From: Botryllus schlosseri
Lineage: Eukaryota
DNA: 33,000 nucleotides
NCBI GenBank assembly: GCA_051294905.1
Contig: CM119371.1
Span: 27,528,001 to 27,561,000 of the forward strand
Direction: 5' to 3'
Part shown: positions 10,635 to 22,165 of the stretch, in pieces
Layout: every line of letters starts with the position of its first letter
Position numbering within the stretch: the stretch's first letter is position 1
Made by a program: the position numbers and the translations under genes
Notes under the pieces: generated by a model
Told to the model about the DNA's origin: nothing
The model's database searches: none
Seen by the model: only the letters and a program-made list of their open reading frames with translations

Positions 10635-13600
10635 GTCTAACCTAATCTGTGGATGCAAAATTTAATTGTGGGACTACAAACGCCGCCAAATTCATGTGCT
10701 CAGAAAAAAATGGAACTCATTGTTTTCGTATAGTTTAAACTAGCGGTTCGTTTCTACAAATGCTATTTGGATATCGCGGAATTATTTGTGAATCGGCATA
10801 GTCAATACCATCGTAAGTAGTACCCTCGCTCCTAGAAAGCTACATACAATATCATCATGCTGGACCCATACGCATAACATTGCCTAATGCAAAATAGTGT
10901 AGCGGTGATGTGTATGCAATTAAAAATTAGTTATTTTCAGATCGGCCAGGTGTAAAATAACCAATGTACTGGAAATACAATCTATGCCGAAACAACAAAA
11001 AAAACATGAATACTAAAACCTACCATATATGTCCGTCGAATGTCGGTACGAAGGGATAAAGAAATTGGTTTCTAATAATCGGAAATATCTCGCATACAGC
11101 ATGAGTTACGGTGAACTAACTCAATGTTGATGAACTTCTTGGTTTGTTACACACTACGGTGATGTAAGTATGCGGATTTGAGGTCAAATCTACCTATAAC
11201 AATGCTTTGTGAAGTATACGGTTTAGAGCTGCCCGACTGTATCGTTTCCAGATATTTAGTTTCCGCCCAGCTAAGGACGGGTATGTCAGTTGTATTAACT
11301 TATACCGCCATATTTGGTCCGCTAATCTCATCGGGAAATTTTGGCTAGTATCGTTAGAGCGTATCGAACTCTAATCGAGTTACTGGAGGTTGAGATACCA
11401 CGCGATACAATACTCCACACCCAAATTAAAGGAGAAGGTGACAAGAAGCAATGAATACTCTTTATCATATATCGACAATTCTATATATATGCCTAGAACA
11501 ACTAATAATATATTCGTATTGAAATAAACCAAGATATTTTCGGCTGACACGGGCTAGGGGTGATCGTCAGCCGAAACTAATTGGGTTTATATCAAGATGA
11601 AAATATTATTCAATTGTACATTGAAGTTCTGAACCTCCAAGATGTTCATAAAAAGTCATGGCGTAATTTGATTTTGATGGTGTCAATATAGCATCTGTCG
11701 CTTTGAAAACAAATCAATTTCATTTATTATTTTATTTATGCATGAAGTGTTATTAGTCTAATATTCCATGGGCTTTTAAAAGTGTCCTCCACCATGGCAT
11801 CTCCATATTCTTCCATTGTACATCTTCAACATGAAAATCTGGAAAAACCTGGGTGGCAAAGTTACTTATTTTCCATATTTCTACAGTAGCGTGGGTGCAA
11901 ATACAAATCAGTTCGTCGTCGCTTTCACTCCCACTCCAATGGGTAAATACGAGTCAAATACTCCAATCCTTATGAAGATATAGGGGTGTTGTGGGTTCCT
12001 TTTCACTTTTACTACTTCTTGTGGTAGTAGACATAAAGAGAGCAAGTTTTATTCCTGTGATATATCCCCATTGTAATCAGTGCATATACTCGTTTCCACC
12101 CATTAGATTGTGTTTGAAGGCAACATTGGGTAGCAGGAAATAGCAAGGATCTGACTTGCACACTAAACACTCTTGGTCCAGTTAATTCCTCTATTGTCCA
12201 CCCACATACTAATTAGATACAAATTAATCATCTAGTTCGCGGGACAACGACCTGATATATCGATCTCGTCTTCCGACATATCCCACCTTTTTGTCACCTG
12301 TCCTTTTACATTATCTTTGTTTACTTTTCATTCAATGTGCATGCCTCCTTTTTTACATCGCTTAGGCCAGGTGGGTGTCTGATTTGGAAGACTACTCGAA
12401 GTCGTTTCGACACCTTGCTATCTTTCATTGTATTGCGGTCTTGTGGTGTATTCAAATGATGAAAATTGTAGCAATAAATCCAGTAGAAAAGAATTGAACA
12501 TATTTAATGCATATGGTTGTTTGAATCGATCGAAATGTTAATAAAATTGCAACAAAATCAGCACCCCGCACCTAGAGCAAAAACTACTGTTTCAGCAACA
12601 ATGATCAATCAGCAATGAACAATTAGCAATTGAGCATATGTGATATCCCGTTCCTACGATTTGTGCACCCATGGTTGAGGTAATCCACAATCTATGCAGG
12701 TGTATATGATTGATTACATTCAATATCCGAATGGTATATGAATCATTTTCATTTTCTTAGGTTATTTACGGAATTAAGCGAGTCGGTACATCAAAAAAGA
12801 AAAAATGTAGATCAGTCGTAAAGTTAACCTCTTATCGGTCACGCTTGACATAGACGGGGACACACCTGCACACAATCACAATTACGTCATGTCAGAAGTC
12901 ACGGATCATTTCTCCTGGATACACCTTTTGATCCAGGTCAACAGACAGGCTCAAAAGCGAGTGTTGTAATAACATTATAACCGACTCCGTGAACACTTTT
13001 CTTAGCCGGATTTTTACGGTTTCGTCATGCAGTCGGTATACAAGAAAGTCTCATTGGCGTATTTTATAGTCAAGTGTCTTCAACGCGAAAATAGAGTAGG
13101 GGAATATAAGAAATATGACTGGAATGTGTTCTGCGAATGCGGGCGCACGAGATATGTGATATGCAAAACTCTGCATCGACCTCCAGTTTGGTGTAATACC
13201 GAAGAAATATTCTGTTTAGTAGTCACGAATGTCAACACATCAATCGACAATCCCAGAAGCCCACTGTAACGGAATTGGTGTATTTGGTTGAATTGTACCG
13301 TAGCATAGGGTGCAAATCAAGTAAACGGCACTTTCTGGTCCAACATTTTGCCTTCATATCTAATCCGATTCGTGAAACCGGGTCAACTATCCATTGTCTT
13401 ATGGATATATGCGCCAGAATTGAAGCGGGATCTCTTTTCAAGTGCGATTTCAAGAAGGTGCAGAAAGGTGTGACGAATAAAAGAAGACCACCGTCTTAAC
13501 GGAAAGATTGTGTATTCAAACCCACGAAGATAGAACCTACCAACACGGATATAAATCAAACACAACATTTTCATCCGGGTGATGCTAGACAAATAACAAC

Positions 13601-13849
13601 GAGTAGAAATTAAGTGCAAATGAACGTAGGCACGTAAGATTTATGACAGTGCTTAACACCATAAACCAGAGAGGTGCAACTCCTTCGGTCGGCGAGCCGG
13701 ATATGGGAAAATGAAGTACTTGGCGGGCCTGATTACAGAATATATACTCTAATCGCGTATTTATCCACCTATATAAGGAATAAATCGTTCTTGATCTAAA
13801 CTTTAAGATTAAAGCATATAGATTAAAAACAGTAATGAATGAATTCATT

Positions 13850-16600
13850 GACAGTAGTCATCGGAATCAATCAGACAGACATCTGTAGTCGGTCAAAGTT
13901 GTTAACAAGTTCTTCGCACTCTGGCTGTTCTGTCGTATGTAGAAACCCTTAATAAAAACTGCACGCGAACATCAGTCAGATTGGAACACATCTTCGTCTT
14001 GGTAATGTTCAATGAACATTGTTCATGGTCGAAAATATATGTACTTCTACACCAGAACATCTCCATCTTTCTCAGGTTGGCAAACATGGATTTATTCTGT
14101 GACGCATAAAATTCGTCAATACTTTCAGAATAGAATTTCACTTCCCTGGTAAAAACTCTCTGCGGTGTGTTGCCCTTCCCTGCCAGCGATTGAATATATA
14201 CCGGGTGGAATAACGACGATTGATCAATGATCATGATGAGTGGCCGCGTGCAGTGTTCATGTTGAAATACACAAATAATGAAATGCTATTCAGGCACTCA
14301 TAAGTCTGGTGAAATATGCGATGGATACTCGAGAACGGCGTTTCTGCATTATCAAGCAGAATCTTAGTGCGCCGCCTTTTGGGTGTGATCGTGTGAATAC
14401 GGACTGTTGCTACTAATAGTGCAATACACACCCCTGGGACATATATCTCCGTGAGAATAGGTGTATTTGAGCCTTTCCTCTCATTGGAGTAGGTGTGAAA
14501 GCAAAATGTTGCACTAGGAAGTGCCTCTGACCTGATGGGCGCCCAAGTAATAGCGGAAATGTCGTAAATTCACCTATTTTTCACCAGGGTTTGCCGCATT
14601 GCCGCACCGTTAGATATATCTCTATCCTATAGTGCAGTAATCATGTTTATGTATGTTGGTCAGACAAGGTCTGATATAGATCCTGGATGCTATCGATACG
14701 CTGTATACACAACGGATGATTGCCAAATAAATACTCGACTTCGAAACATCGCGGGGATACACGCCAAATAAAGTCTGCCGATGTGCTTGTATAAGAAACG
14801 CCCCATCTCGCTTAAGCTGATTGAGTAAATAGCGTAAGAGTCCTAAAACGTAGTCGAAAAGCGTGCGTCTATTACGAAAGTTTGCTTGATGATTAACTGG
14901 AATATAAATAGGGACGACGAAGCTGGATTTACACGCTGATATCATGTAAACAGCTAACGAAAATTAAACAAACATTTACGCTATAAGGTCGTTGGTAAAG
15001 TTTACAAGTGGACATCGAACGACTGACCGTATGCATAAATGCGGTTTGCTTAGTTGAGTAGTAGTTCGGAATTATGTTTGCATTCCGATGCAAGGGACTG
15101 TTAGCGATTACATGAGGGATTTTCCCATGATCACGTGCCATTATATGATCTTTTCAACTGGTGTTCCAAGGAAGCAAACTTAAATATCTGTAGAGGAGTT
15201 GTTACATTTGCTAACGCCGGCTGGAATATCAGTGAGTTGGTGAGCCCTGTTCTAGACAAAAAGGGGTAACGATATGTGACACGTGGCCTCTAAGGCACCC
15301 ATAAAGATGGAGTTGGCGTGGCCACATTTTGCTTCACTGACAGTAATGGATTGGATAGGCATGTTTGCAAGGCAAAAACTCACCTCCAGTCCTATAGTTT
15401 TCTTTCGTAGATGTAAAGAGCATTTCATCAAAATTTCAATCATCAACAGCTGTCCATCATCGTGACTTCCGAAGTAATTAACACTTGTGCGTGATACCAA
15501 TCACTAGCTGGATTGTAACGAAGTGGCCACTCGACTGTATGGCCGTAGTGTGAAAAATCCCATGCAACGTTAGTGCAAAGTGATGATTATTGGATCGTTA
15601 CATTCTCGTTTGAAATTTAGTACTAGCTAACGTATTTTCGAAATGCAATAAAGTCAAACGTGATCGTGGGCGTTTCAATAGAATTGTACAACTAAGACTT
15701 GTGTCGAAATATATTTCCCGAACCCGAACACCGTATGAGTAATAAGATGATGGCTTGAAGCATTTTTTATAGTGGAGCCAATAGAGTCCCTCCCGCTTGC
15801 ATATAAAACAAGTCGAAATATTGAGATATCGAGATATACAACTGTGGGCGTGTAAATTGTTTGTGTGTTCATTGTTTATTTATTCAAACCTCGCTTTGTT
15901 TGGTGTTCCACAAGAATGTCGTAATGCATAAAGTGTATCAAGGCGCGATATAAGGCGGTGGTTCTCAAAGTGCACCCCTTGGGGGCGTGTAAGGCTCTGA
16001 TGAGCGGCGCGAAGCCGCAGTTAACTAAATAAAAATTCGCGTTCCGAGCGATTTACCCTCGTTTTATGGCTATTACTTTGTATATTGTCTTAATTTCGTC
16101 TTTCAGAATTTTCTCATCAACAGCCATGACCTTCAACGCCATCAAACTATCCGTGGGGATTACTAGCATATTGATTTCTCTCTTGACTATTTTTGATATC
16201 ACGATAAGAGGGGGCGCGAAATCTTTGACTGTCATAAAGGGGGGCGTGTCGAAAAAAGTTTGGGAACCACGGGTATAAGGTATAAGAACACTGACTAGCG
16301 ATAAGAATCACGGTTTGAATTGAAGTAACCTTTCTATTCGCACTATTTGACACAATGACACAATGGATGTTACCCAGCGTAGTGACAAAGCAAAAGATAA
16401 ATTACATGGTGATACAACTATATATGTGTGTTACTACTCAAGAGTGTAGGTCACTAACGACGTCTTGCTTGAACAGATTTTAGGCAAAACTGCTTACTTT
16501 TACCTATTCGGATTTTCAAAACCAGAATATATAGTTTGGGAATGAGTTTGCATTTCGAAAGTAACCACGTCCGACCAACACTTGTAAGTATGCGACCCCT
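13850..16600 (-). pseudogene. Degraded FN3-repeat-like coding sequence (minus strand, unit 1)
   Basis: Fragments such as VSYTSTSADFIWRVSPRC, GFFTLRPYSR and LVLYASGRDSIGS; paralog of 22166-24604; many stops and frameshifts. Confidence 0.5.
15956..16272 (+). mobile_element. CAGTGGTTCTCAA-type hAT MITE predating the duplication
   Basis: TIRs cggtggttctcaa / tgggaaccacgg; TSD atataagg / gtataagg; 5'-truncated counterpart at 23891-24182. Confidence 0.8.
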
Positions 16601-17765
16601 CGATCAAATCAATGTTTTCAAAGTAGTTACTGGAGTACTTTACAGACTTTGCCTTTCTACTTCCACTTGAAGGAGCTCTGACACATCGTGGGAATTGGTA
16701 CTTCCGCTTCCACACCGATTACATTATTTCATAGCATTCCAAATGCTACTCAGAATTTAGATGCTTATAGTTATATGTCGACGGCAATCCTCTGCCTAAT
16801 TTTCTCGAGGATAATTTGAGCAGTCCAATCGGCACATCAGGATAGTTCTTCTGGTCTGCATCCAGGTCTGCAGCCTGGAGATTGACAATGTAATAAATCA
16901 GGTAGTATTTGTATTTGTTGTGCTAAATCGTGGGAACGTTGTACTTAATTTTAACAAAAGTTGCCATAAAATATTGCATTTATGTGCAAGTTAGGCTATG
17001 AGATACTAGAAATATTCTGTTGTATAACCAAACAACTCCAATACCATATTGATACTCGACCCTGAAAAGGAAACTAGTACATTTTAATTAGGTTAAGATT
17101 CCAAGTTCAAAATATTACTTGGAGTGAAAATGAATAGCGGGCCGCAAAAAAATCTTAGGCGGGCAGCAGGCTTAACATCCCCGCGCTAGACTGTCAATTT
17201 ACAGATATCAAGTGATTACATTAAGATACTGCTAATCAATCACAAATCTCTTTTTTGTGCAAATTAAATGAAATAGAACCGTAGTTATAATCGCTTTATG
17301 GTATGTTTATTTAAATTACTACGTTACCTTTCGAGCAATACCTTCTAAAAGTTGCAATATAACTTGGATGAAAAAAAGGTAAATGTTGCAAAAAGTCGCA
17401 ATATAAAATTCCTACAAACATACTAAAACATCGTACTGCATACAATTAGAGGATTTAGAATGCTGCGCGAGGTTGTAAAAAAATACGTTACAAAGTTGCA
17501 AAAACTTGCCTAGTCATTACAAAGCGACATGTGTGACTTTCGCTTGGTGGCGATATCTGCTCATTAGTCAGGCTAATGTAGTTAGACAAAGGCACGCCAC
17601 CAGCACGCCTCTACCTACCTACAGTCTTCATTGATCCGTGCAGACTTCGTTCCGCAAGGCAATATGTCACGATGATCCAATCTAAGTACGTCTCAACAAA
17701 GGCGTAGTAGCGTAGACGCAGTATTTACCTTCATTAAATTAGGATTAAGTGCCACATATATTCTT

Positions 17766-18168
17766 GGGTGTCCGGTCAATACCGAGAAAACCATTACCGA
17801 GAATGCCTTTACCGAGAATGGACACCACCGAGAATGGACATTACCGAGAATGGACACCACCGAGAATGGACATTACCGAGAATGGACACCACCGAGAATG
17901 GACATTACCGAGAATGCAATAGATGCAATGCAGGCATGTTATGCACATGAACACTATGAACAGGTGTGTGTGTGTGCACCACGGCGTTGCCACATTCGGT
18001 ATCGATGCTCAGGTATAAATTTCTCGACTTCGTCAGTCCCAGTAAGCTATATTCTTGACATTGGCCATTCTCGGTAATGTCCATTCTCGGTGGTGTCCAT
18101 TCTCGGTAATGATCATTCTCGGTAATGTTCATTCTCGGTAATGCTTTTCTCGGTAATAGTATAGTACC
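17766..18168. mobile_element. Foldback-like non-autonomous element with TIRs built from 15-bp tandem repeats
   Basis: Arms of (accgagaatggac[acc/att])n in inverted orientation; GG...CC termini; exact 8-bp TSD atattctt (17758-17765, 18169-18176); empty site ataatctt at 9106-9113. Confidence 0.88.
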
Positions 18169-20287
18169 ATATTCTTGTGGATCCAGAAATAACATCAATT
18201 TCGTAAAATACTATTCGAGGTAACGCAGCGACAGATTTCCTAAACAAGCCGAAAGTAGCCTACTTCACTCCATGTTACTGAGGTACTTGAGTAGGTGGAT
18301 TCAAGAGGAATAGCGAACCCTATAGTAACTTGAATTCATTGCTAGCCGATAATAACTTACAAATTCAAATTCAACTTGGAGAAAAATAAACCTGATTGAG
18401 AGTCTGCAAAATATAGGTGAAAAAGTAAGCATGCAGAATGATAACAATTAAAAGTAGAGTAAATTGTCATTTTCATGTCAGCACTATCAATTCTCCGTGC
18501 ACCACTGCATATGACAATGTACGCAGATGTATTTGACTTCGGCAAAATGGGTCTAACCAAATGTGTGGATGCGAAATTTGATTGTGGGACTACAAACGCC
18601 GCCAAACTCATGCGCGCAGAATTATATGGAACTCACTTTTCCCGTATAGTTTAAACTGGCTGTGCATTTTTATAAATACAATCTGGATATCGCGGAATTA
18701 TTTATGAATCGGCATTGTCACTACCATCGTAAGTAGAACACTCGGTGTTAGTAAGCTATATGCTCATCAACATCATGCTGGGCCAATACGCATAGCATTG
18801 ACGAATGCAAAATAGTGTAACGGTGATGTGTATGCAATCAGAAATTAGTTATTCTCAGATGGGGCTGGTGTAGAATAATCAATGTATACTGGAAATACAA
18901 TCTATGCCGAAACAACATCAGCCATGAATACAAAAACCCACAATATATGTCCGTCGAATGTCGGCAGGGAGGGATAAAGAAATTGGTTTGTGATAATCAG
19001 AAATATCTTGCAGACAGCATCAGTTAAAGTGAACTAACACAATGTCGAGGGAGTTCTTAGTTTGTTACAAACTATGGTGATGTAAGTGTACGGATTTGAG
19101 TTCGAATCTACCCATAACAATGCTTTGTATAAGGTTCAGAGCTACCCGACTGTATCGAATCCGGATATTTAGTTTCCGCCCAACTATGGACGAGTATGTC
19201 AGTTGTATTAACTTCTATCGCCATATTTGGTCCGCCCATTTCATCGGGAAATTTCAGCTGCTATCGTTCGAGCGCATCGATCTCTATTCGAGTTACTGGA
19301 GGTTGAGATACCACGCGATACAATAACCCACACCCAAATTAAAGGAGAAGGTGAAAATAAACAATGAATACTCTTCAGTATATGTATACAATTAAATATG
19401 TGTTTGAAAAGTCTAATAATATTGTCATATTGACACAAACCAGAATATGTTCGGCTAACTCTCGTCGAGAGTTATAGTCAGCTGACGGGTGTCAGCCGAA
19501 GCTGTCGAGTTTTTACATCAATATCAACATTTGACTCGATTGTTTATTGGAGATCAGTACCTCCAAGATACCTTTATTTATGCATGAAGTGTCATTAGTC
19601 TAATATTCCATGGGCTTTGAAAAGTGTCCTCAACCCTGACATCTCCGAATTGTTCCATTGTACATCTTCAACATGAAAATCTGTAAAATATACTTATTTT
19701 ACATATTTCTACCACAGCGTGGGTGCAAACTGCAAATACATATCAGATCGTCGTCGATTTCACTCCCACTCCAATGGATAAATACGAGTCAAATACTCCA
19801 ATCCTTATGGAGATATAGGGGTGTTGTGGGTTCCTTTTCTCCTTTTACGGGTAACAACTTTTACTACTTTTTGTGGTAGTACACAAAATGATAGCAAGCT
19901 TTTTTCCTGGGATATATCCCTATTGGATTCACTGCATAGACTCGTCTTCGCCGATTAGATTGGGTTTGAAGGCAACATTGGGTAGCATAAAATAGCAAGA
20001 CCCTGATTGCACACGACACAAACTTGTGATTCAGTGGATACATCTATTCTCCATCAACATATTTACGGCAAATAGTGTTTTGTTCCGATCAAAATCTTAC
20101 TAAAAGTCCCACAAAATCAACACCCCACGACTAGAGCAAATGCTACTGTTTCACCAACAATGATCATTGATTAATCAGCAATGGGCAATGAGCACACGTG
20201 ATATCCCGTTTTCCACGATTTGCGCACCTGTGGTTGAGGTAATCCACAATATCTGTAGGTGTATATGATTACATTCAATATCACATA

Positions 20288-20725
20288 CAGTGGTGGCTTT
20301 TGGGGTGGGCGAGGTGGGTGGTCGCCCGCCCCCCCTGGTCGAAGGGCCCCCCTATTTGGATTTTGCGCTTTTTCAAGGATAATGACGAATAAACATGGAA
20401 ATCCGTGTACCAAGCAAGAATATGATTCCGTACAGATGTGTCAATCATCATCAAATCACTGCATTTGTTAGAATAGTCCCATATCCCGATAATCATCACG
20501 TCTCTGCATGCGGTAGAATTACTAAGTTTTGACGTAGTCTATCCTTGCACACATGTAGAATAGACGTGGCCGAATCCAGCAACTGAGCAACCCTTTGCGG
20601 TGGTGAAAGATAGACAATATAACCGCTGCGAAAGGGGGGCCTGGGGGGTGGACAGATACTTATAGGGCCCCCTGGTATGTCTCGCCCAGCCCCCCCCCCC
20701 CCCCCCTTTCGTAGGGCCACCACTG
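20288..20725. mobile_element. MITE with GC-rich TIRs, possibly PIF/Harbinger-like, only in unit 2
   Basis: Termini cagtggtggc / gccaccactg flanked by ata / ata; absent from unit 1 (about 12721-12740); superfamily uncertain. Confidence 0.7.
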
Positions 20726-21418
20726 ATACGTGATACACATATACGTATATAAATCATCATTTAGTCGAAATAATACATTTTATCATATTAAAGGATTAGG
20801 GGTTAAAGGGTATTAAAGGATTTAAACTAGTCCGTATATCACAGAAGATCAATTATAGATCAGTCGCGGAGATAACAACGTATCGTTCACGCTTGATTTA
20901 GAAGCGCGCACACATGCTTACAATCACAATTACGTCATGCCAGAAGTCACGGATAATGTCTCCTCAATACACCTTTTGATCGAGGTCAATTGATAAGCCA
21001 ACATTCGAGCATTGTAATAACACTGTACGGTTTCGTCATCCAGTCGGTATACAAGAAAGTCTCATCGGCGTATTTTGTAGTTAAGTGACTTTGATGCTAA
21101 CATAAAGTAGGGGAATATAAGAAATATGAACGGAATGTGTTCCGGTAATGCGGGTGCACGGAAGATAAGCATAATACTTCATCGAGCTGCAGTTTGATAT
21201 AATACCGAAGAAATATTCTGTTTGGTAGTCATAAAGCTGAAACATCAATCAACATTCCTACAGGCGCACTGTAATGGGAATGACGTGACGAATTGACTGA
21301 ATTGTACCGTAGCATAGCGTCATCAGGTAAACGGCACTTCCTGGTTCAACATTTTGCTTTCATATCTAATCCAACTTGTTAATTCGGGTCAACAACACTT
21401 AATATTATGGATGGATGT

Positions 21419-21573
21419 NNNNNNNNNNNNNNNNNNNNNNNNNNNNNNNNNNNNNNNNNNNNNNNNNNNNNNNNNNNNNNNNNNNNNNNNNNNNNNNNNN
21501 NNNNNNNNNNNNNNNNNNNNNNNNNNNNNNNNNNNNNNNNNNNNNNNNNNNNNNNNNNNNNNNNNNNNNNNNN
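21419..21573. other. Assembly gap (155 N)
   Basis: Run of n. Confidence 1.
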
Positions 21574-21579
21574 GTAACC

Positions 21580-22157
21580 CAGGGTTGTAACCAAGTCACA
21601 AGGCTCCTAGTCACAAGTCAATCTCACTTTTATATTTTTGACTCGAGTCAAGTCGAGTCATTTTCAATTCCCACCGAGTCAAGTCCGAGTCCAAGTCAAC
21701 GAGCAGGGGATCGAGTCCGAGTCATGTTATTATGACTCGAGTCCGAGTCCAAGTCATTGTGTTTATTGCCCAGTTTCCAGTTAGAGTCTTCCTAACCCCA
21801 CTTTTTAACTCTGTTTGGTGATATTGAATGGTTCGCATTTATAATATATCAATTTTCTTCACTTTTAGCAGTTTCTGGTCGCATTTTCAAGCACCAGTAC
21901 CAACAAACGAAATCCCAAAAATGTGTTGGCTTCGAAATTACAATGAAATGTCGGTCTTGGTCGTCTGAATCTCGAGTCAATGACTTGCTTCGAGTCATGC
22001 GCAGTGACTCGAGTCCAAGTCGAGTCAATACACAGATTGACTCGAGTCGAGTCGAGTCATTTCCGTATTTTGAGAAAATGACTCGAGTCGAGTCATCCGA
22101 AAATCGTGACTCGAGTCTGACTCGAGTCGAGTCATGACTCGAGTCATTACAACCCTG
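21580..22157 (+). mobile_element. hAT-type MITE, 578 bp
   Basis: TIRs cagggttgtaa / ttacaaccctg; right TSD cagtaacc, left flank nngtaacc consistent; dense gactcgagtc repeats. Confidence 0.88.
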
Positions 22158-22165
22158 CAGTAACC

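Larger units (their letters stand above)
7960..13650 (+). pseudogene. Degraded FN3-repeat-like coding sequence (plus strand, unit 1)
   Basis: Interrupted frames give FN3-like segments such as IVTFIHCKPIITYQFKEYV (about 9260-9320); homologous to 16710-21418 (whose matching segment reads CRIINVYWKYNLC) and, more distantly, to the minus strand at 26.9-29.7 kb; many stops and frameshifts; interrupted by MITE 9541-10634. Confidence 0.5.
8066..16704 (+). repeat. Tandem segmental duplication, unit 1
   Basis: Colinear with 16710-24604 from cataccga..attccaaatgct (8066 / 16710) to gg[a/g]attggtacttc (16704 / 24604); roughly 80-90% identity by eye in sampled blocks. Confidence 0.9.
16710..21418 (+). 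pseudogene. Degraded FN3-repeat-like coding sequence (plus strand, unit 2)
   Basis: Paralog of 8066-13410; includes TYKFKFNLEKNKPD and track ORF 19096-19326; stops often at different positions from unit 1. Confidence 0.5.

Noticed and set aside
14400-14480. MRH / mannose-6-phosphate receptor-like LKYTYSHGDICP
   Set aside because: This frame is not kept in the other copies of the recurring module.
17768-18198. ORFs 17768-17950, 17850-18077 and 17905-18198, or a CRISPR-like array
   Set aside because: They are translations of the 15-bp tandem repeats in the TIRs; no unique spacers and no cas genes.
18950-19080. GPCR-like NKLRTPSTL on the minus strand
   Set aside because: Stop codon shared by both duplicates; short motif, probably chance.
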